Below, one piece after another: positions 60,269 to 64,000 of a DNA stretch of 64,000 nucleotides. How positions within the stretch are numbered: position 1 is the first letter of the stretch; each line of letters starts with the position of its first letter. A model generated the notes under the pieces. It saw only the letters and a program-made list of their open reading frames with translations. It did not search any database and had not been told where the DNA came from. The translations under genes were made by a program, and so were the position numbers. Source of the stretch: Planctomycetota bacterium (lineage in GTDB: Bacteria > Planctomycetota > UBA11346); NCBI GenBank assembly GCA_038231435.1, contig JBBRLJ010000006.1, positions 32,001 to 96,000 on the forward strand, read 5' to 3'.

Positions 60269-62926
60269 TCAGCGCCGTTCCCTGGCGTCACGACCGCGCG
60301 CCGTCGCCGAAGAGATCAGCCCGGAGTGCTCGAGCACGTCGTCGAGATGGCCGACGAAGGTGACCGCGATGCCCTCCTTCACCAACGGCGGCAGTTCATC
60401 GTAATCGCGCTCGTTGGCTTGCGGCAGCAGCACCCGGGTGAGCCCGGAGCGTTTCGCCGCGACCAGCTTCTCGCGCACACCACCGATCGGATAGACGCGA
60501 CCGGTCAGGGTCAGTTCGCCGGTCATGCCGAGCTTGCGCCTGGTCGCCTTGCCCAATGCCAACGACAGCAGCGCGCACGCCATGGTGATGCCTGCGCTCG
60601 GCCCGTCCTTGGGCGTGGCACCGGCAGGCACGTGCAGATGCACGTGGTGCTTGTCGAACCAGCCGGCAGGCAGCCCGACCTCGCTGGCATGGCTCATCAG
60701 GTACGAGCGCGCGAGGCTCGCCGACTCCTTCATCACATCGCCGAGCTGGCCGGTCAGGGTCAGGCCGCCCTTCTCGCCATTGATGCACACCGCCTCGATC
60801 TCGAGCGTCGCGCCGCCCATCGATGTCCAGGCCAGGCCCGTGACCACGCCCGGCACCGGCGCATTGATCAGCTCGTCGTCGCGCATCAGCGGCTTGCCCA
60901 GGAACTCGGTGAGATCGGAGGGCCCGATGGCGCGGCGGACGAATGTCGGAAGCTTCGCCTTGGCGTCGCTCCTGGGCCGATCGTTCGCCTTGCGGTGCCC
61001 GTTGCTGGCGTCCTTGGCGCCGTCCTTGTCGGCATGCTTCGCTGAGCCATTGCGCGTGCCCGAGGGGACGGGATCGGGCAGCGACTCGGCTTTGGCGGTC
61101 GCCACCTTGCGGCACACCGTGGCGATGAGCTGCTCGAGGTGGCGCACGCCGGCCTCGCGCGCGTAGTCGCGGATGAGCGTAGCGAGCGCGCTCTTCGACA
61201 GCGCCAGGTCGGCGTTCGACAGTCCGTGGGCCTTCTTCTGCTTCGGCACCAGGTAGTCCCTGGCGATCACCAGCTTCTCGGCCTCGACGTAGCCGGCGAG
61301 GCGGATGATCTCCATGCGGTCGCGCAACGGCTCGGGAATCGAGCCGAGATCGTTGCCGGTGCAGATGAACAGCACCTGCGACAGATCGACGCGGACGTCG
61401 AGGTAGTGGTCGAGGAAGTCCTTGTTCTGCTCCGGGTCGAGGACCTCGAGCAACGCCGAGGCCGGATCGCCCTGCATGCCCACCGCCAGCTTGTCGATCT
61501 CATCGAGCATGATCACCGGGTTCATGGTGCCGCAGCGCCGCAGCGCCTGCACCAGCTTCCCCGGCAGTGCGCCGATGTAGGTGCGGCGGTGGCCCTTGAT
61601 CTCGGCCTCGTCGCGCATGCCGCCGAGCGAGAAGCGGAAGAACTTCCGCCCCAGGTTGCGGGCGATCGACTGGCCGACCGAGGTCTTGCCGGTGCCCGGC
61701 GGGCCCACCAGCGCGATGATGCCGCCGCCGCGGTCGGCCTTGAGCCGCCGCACCGCGCAGAATTCGACGATGCGCTTCTTGACGTCGTCCAGGCCGAAGT
61801 GGTCGCGATCGAGTCCGCCACGCAGCGAGGCGAGGTCGAGGTTGTCCTCGCTGAAGGTCCCCCACGGCATCTCGGTCAGCCATTCGAGACGCGAGCGCAC
61901 CACCGCGTATTCGGCGGCTTGCGGATCCAGGAGCGAGAGCTTGCGCAGCTCGGTGTCGATGACCTGCCTGCATTCGTCGGTCAGGTGCGAGCCCTTGGTT
62001 TCGAGCACGTCCTTGAAGCGCTTGAGGTCGAGCGCCTTCTCATCGGTCTCGACGCCCAGCTCCTCCTTGATGGTCTTGAGCTGCTCGTTGAGGAAGAACT
62101 TCCGTTGGTTCTCGGAGACCTTCTCCTCGATCTGATGCTGGATCTTCGCCTTGATCTGCGTGAGCTGGGCTTCCTTCGCCAGCAGCACCAGCACCTTCTC
62201 CATGCGCGGCAGGATGGGCACGGTCTCGAGGATCGCCTGCAGCTCCTCGCGCTTGGCGGTGGTCAGCGAGGCCGCGATGTCGGCGAGTCGGCCGGGACCG
62301 TCTATGTTATTGAAGTTCGACAGCACCAGCTTGATCTCGTCGCCGAACACCGGGTTGTGCTGCACCAGCTCCTTGAGCGCGGTGACGATCGCCATGGCAC
62401 AGGCGCGTACCTCGGGATCCGACGAGTCGACCGGCGTGCGGATCGCCTCGCCGCGCACCAGCACCACCGGCTCGAGGCTCTCGATCTTGGTGAAGCGGAA
62501 GCGCGACACCACCTGGGCGAAGACCTGCAGGCTGCCGCTGTCGACCTCCTGGTGCTTCATGACGCGGGCGACGCAGCCGAAGCGGTGGAGGTCCTCGATC
62601 TTGAAGGTCGCGCCGTTGTCGAGCGCCTCGTGGGTGAGGAAGAAGCCGACGTAGCCGTGCATGTGGCCGATGGCGTGGCGCACCGCGTCGGACAGCCTCC
62701 CCGCCGGGATCACCAGCGGCAACATCATCGACGGGAATACCGGGCGCTGGTTCAAGGGCAGCGCGATGACCACGTTCGGCACGTGCTCCTCGGGACGGGC
62801 GATCGCCTGCTTGGCGTTGTCCGCCGCAGGCTGGTCCTCGGCCTTGCCTGGCTCGTGATCGACGTGCCGCGCTTCCTCGATCGGATGATCGTCCGGGATG
62901 ACTTCCGCGTCCTTGGGATCGCTCAT
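60269..62926 (-). CDS. lon: ATP-dependent Lon protease
   Basis: GPPGTGKTS, GHRRTYIGALPG, DEIDK, HVPAGATPKDGPSAG, MTGELTLTG, IGGVREK. Confidence 0.98.
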   Translation of the reverse strand: MSDPKDAEVIPDDHPIEEARHVDHEPGKAEDQPAADNAKQAIARPEEHVPNVVIALPLNQRPVFPSMMLPLVIPAGRLSDAVRHAIGHMHGYVGFFLTHEALDNGATFKIEDLHRFGCVARVMKHQEVDSGSLQVFAQVVSRFRFTKIESLEPVVLVRGEAIRTPVDSSDPEVRACAMAIVTALKELVQHNPVFGDEIKLVLSNFNNIDGPGRLADIAASLTTAKREELQAILETVPILPRMEKVLVLLAKEAQLTQIKAKIQHQIEEKVSENQRKFFLNEQLKTIKEELGVETDEKALDLKRFKDVLETKGSHLTDECRQVIDTELRKLSLLDPQAAEYAVVRSRLEWLTEMPWGTFSEDNLDLASLRGGLDRDHFGLDDVKKRIVEFCAVRRLKADRGGGIIALVGPPGTGKTSVGQSIARNLGRKFFRFSLGGMRDEAEIKGHRRTYIGALPGKLVQALRRCGTMNPVIMLDEIDKLAVGMQGDPASALLEVLDPEQNKDFLDHYLDVRVDLSQVLFICTGNDLGSIPEPLRDRMEIIRLAGYVEAEKLVIARDYLVPKQKKAHGLSNADLALSKSALATLIRDYAREAGVRHLEQLIATVCRKVATAKAESLPDPVPSGTRNGSAKHADKDGAKDASNGHRKANDRPRSDAKAKLPTFVRRAIGPSDLTEFLGKPLMRDDELINAPVPGVVTGLAWTSMGGATLEIEAVCINGEKGGLTLTGQLGDVMKESASLARSYLMSHASEVGLPAGWFDKHHVHLHVPAGATPKDGPSAGITMACALLSLALGKATRRKLGMTGELTLTGRVYPIGGVREKLVAAKRSGLTRVLLPQANERDYDELPPLVKEGIAVTFVGHLDDVLEHSGLISSATARGRDARERR

Positions 62927-63166
62927 GGGAGTAGTCCTAATGGGTCGAAACGACAGAACACGCGCACGGCGCGTGCCAATCTCGCCGCGTGCGACCGGGG
63001 AATCGGAGAGACCGCCGTGCGGGGCGCTGGAAGCTGCAGCGCAGCCAACGTGGGCCGTGGGGCATGCGGGTAGTAGATGCGATGAAGCAGAATACGCTCT
63101 TGCCGATGCCCCAACCTATCGCCGCTCCTCGGGCCTCCCTGCACATTCCGCACATGCGCCTGTCCC

Positions 63167-63196
63167 GCGCCGCACGCCGCACGCCGCACGCCGCAC
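63167..63196. repeat. Heptamer tandem repeat (CGCCGCA)x4
   Basis: cgccgca cgccgca cgccgca cgccgca cg immediately upstream of ruvA. Confidence 0.85.
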
Positions 63197-63205
63197 GTTG
63201 CCCTC

Positions 63206-63802
63206 ATGTATGATTTCCTGCGCGGCACAGTGGCCTCGGTCGACACCTCCGGTCGGCTCAGCTTCGACGTCGGCGGCGTCGGCTATTCACTGCGCATCAG
63301 CGAGCAGACCCGCCGCGCGATCCCGCTCGACGGCAGCCAGCTGATCCTGCACGTCCGCCTGCAGGTGAAGGAGGATGACCTGGTGCTCTTCGGTTTCATC
63401 GACGTCGCCGAGCGCGCGGCCTTCGACCTGCTGCTGTCGGTGCAGCAGGTCGGGCCGGCGGTGGCGATGGCGGTGCTGTCTACCCTTGGCGTCTCCGAGC
63501 TGCGCCGCGCCCTCGCGTCGCGCGACGTCGCGGTGCTCAAGAAGGTCAAGGGCGTCGGCCCCAAGAGCGCCGAGCGCATCGTGCTCGAGCTCGCCGACAA
63601 AGTCGAGCGCATCCCCGCGCCGCTGACCGGGTCGATGGCCCCTGGCAAGGCGGTGGGAGTCCAGGCGGTCGAGGAAGCGCAACGCGCGCTGATCGTGCTC
63701 GGCTTCGGCGCCAAGGATGCCGCCGATGCGTTGGCCAAGATCGCGAAGCCGGGCATGCCGCCGGAAGAGATGCTGCGCGCGGCCCTGGGGCTGCTGCGCT
63801 AG
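63206..63802 (+). CDS. ruvA: Holliday junction branch migration protein RuvA
   Basis: MYDFLRG, GGVGY, LFGF, VGPAVA, VKGVGPKSAERIVLEL, ALIVLGF. Confidence 0.96.
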   Translation: MYDFLRGTVASVDTSGRLSFDVGGVGYSLRISEQTRRAIPLDGSQLILHVRLQVKEDDLVLFGFIDVAERAAFDLLLSVQQVGPAVAMAVLSTLGVSELRRALASRDVAVLKKVKGVGPKSAERIVLELADKVERIPAPLTGSMAPGKAVGVQAVEEAQRALIVLGFGAKDAADALAKIAKPGMPPEEMLRAALGLLR

Positions 63803-63846
63803 GCCACTTTCTTCCTGCGCCGCTTCCACTGCCGCCTTGGCCCGAC

Positions 63847-64000
63847 TTAGACTGCGCTCGTGGCCGAGGGATGCCCGCCAGAGGCTTCGCGCTGAACGGG
63901 CATCGATGGGCGTGTCAGCGTGGCGGTGCGACGGCGTTCGCGATTCGCCAAGCGCTCGCAGGTCGCCCCGAGATTGCGGGCGAGCTCGAGGTAGCCGTCG
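63847..64000 (-). CDS. 3' end of an unidentified CDS entering from the right edge
   Basis: Open frame ..DGYLELARNLGATCERLANRERRR..TSAV-TAA, convergent on ruvA. Confidence 0.45.
   Translation of the reverse strand, partial: DGYLELARNLGATCERLANRERRRTATLTRPSMPVQREASGGHPSATSAV

Noticed and set aside
60940..61090. Charged insertion between the Lon AAA+ and protease domains
   Set aside because: Low-complexity linker at a position that is commonly variable; no evidence of an intein or extra domain.

Overview
High-GC bacterial chromosomal segment, diderm with lipid A genes. A PVC/Planctomycetota-like origin is inferred from gene content only. It is mostly housekeeping: a surface/pilin locus running off the left edge; bamA-ompH-lpxD-lpxC/fabZ; a partial arginine succinyltransferase cluster (astB-astD-astA) followed by a C45 Ntn-hydrolase; proC, slyD, mutL, lysC, hemL, maf, hom; two parS sites plus parAB; ppdK, a CCA-type nucleotidyltransferase, dnaN, pckG, pepP, suhB, hisS, rarA, infC, yajC-secDF, an ABC-F ATPase, lon and ruvA. 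I found no rRNA, tRNA, CRISPR array, transposase or integrase. The parS/parAB and dnaN genes suggest the window is origin-proximal. Most interesting unexplained signals: (1) a 111-aa signal-peptide ORF ending RGPRAP-stop just upstream of yajC-secDF, a candidate secretion-monitoring ribosome-arrest peptide; (2) nine degenerate non-canonical 9-mers upstream of dnaN, a candidate oriC with atypical initiator boxes; (3) a pilin whose prepilin cleavage site lies about 187 residues in, behind a complete membrane-anchored exported module; (4) a C45 hydrolase in place of the missing astE; (5) intergenic multi-hairpin repeats, one pair with compensatory changes flanking an AraC/dioxygenase module. All product calls come from motif recognition by eye, no database searches were run, and start codons are best estimates.
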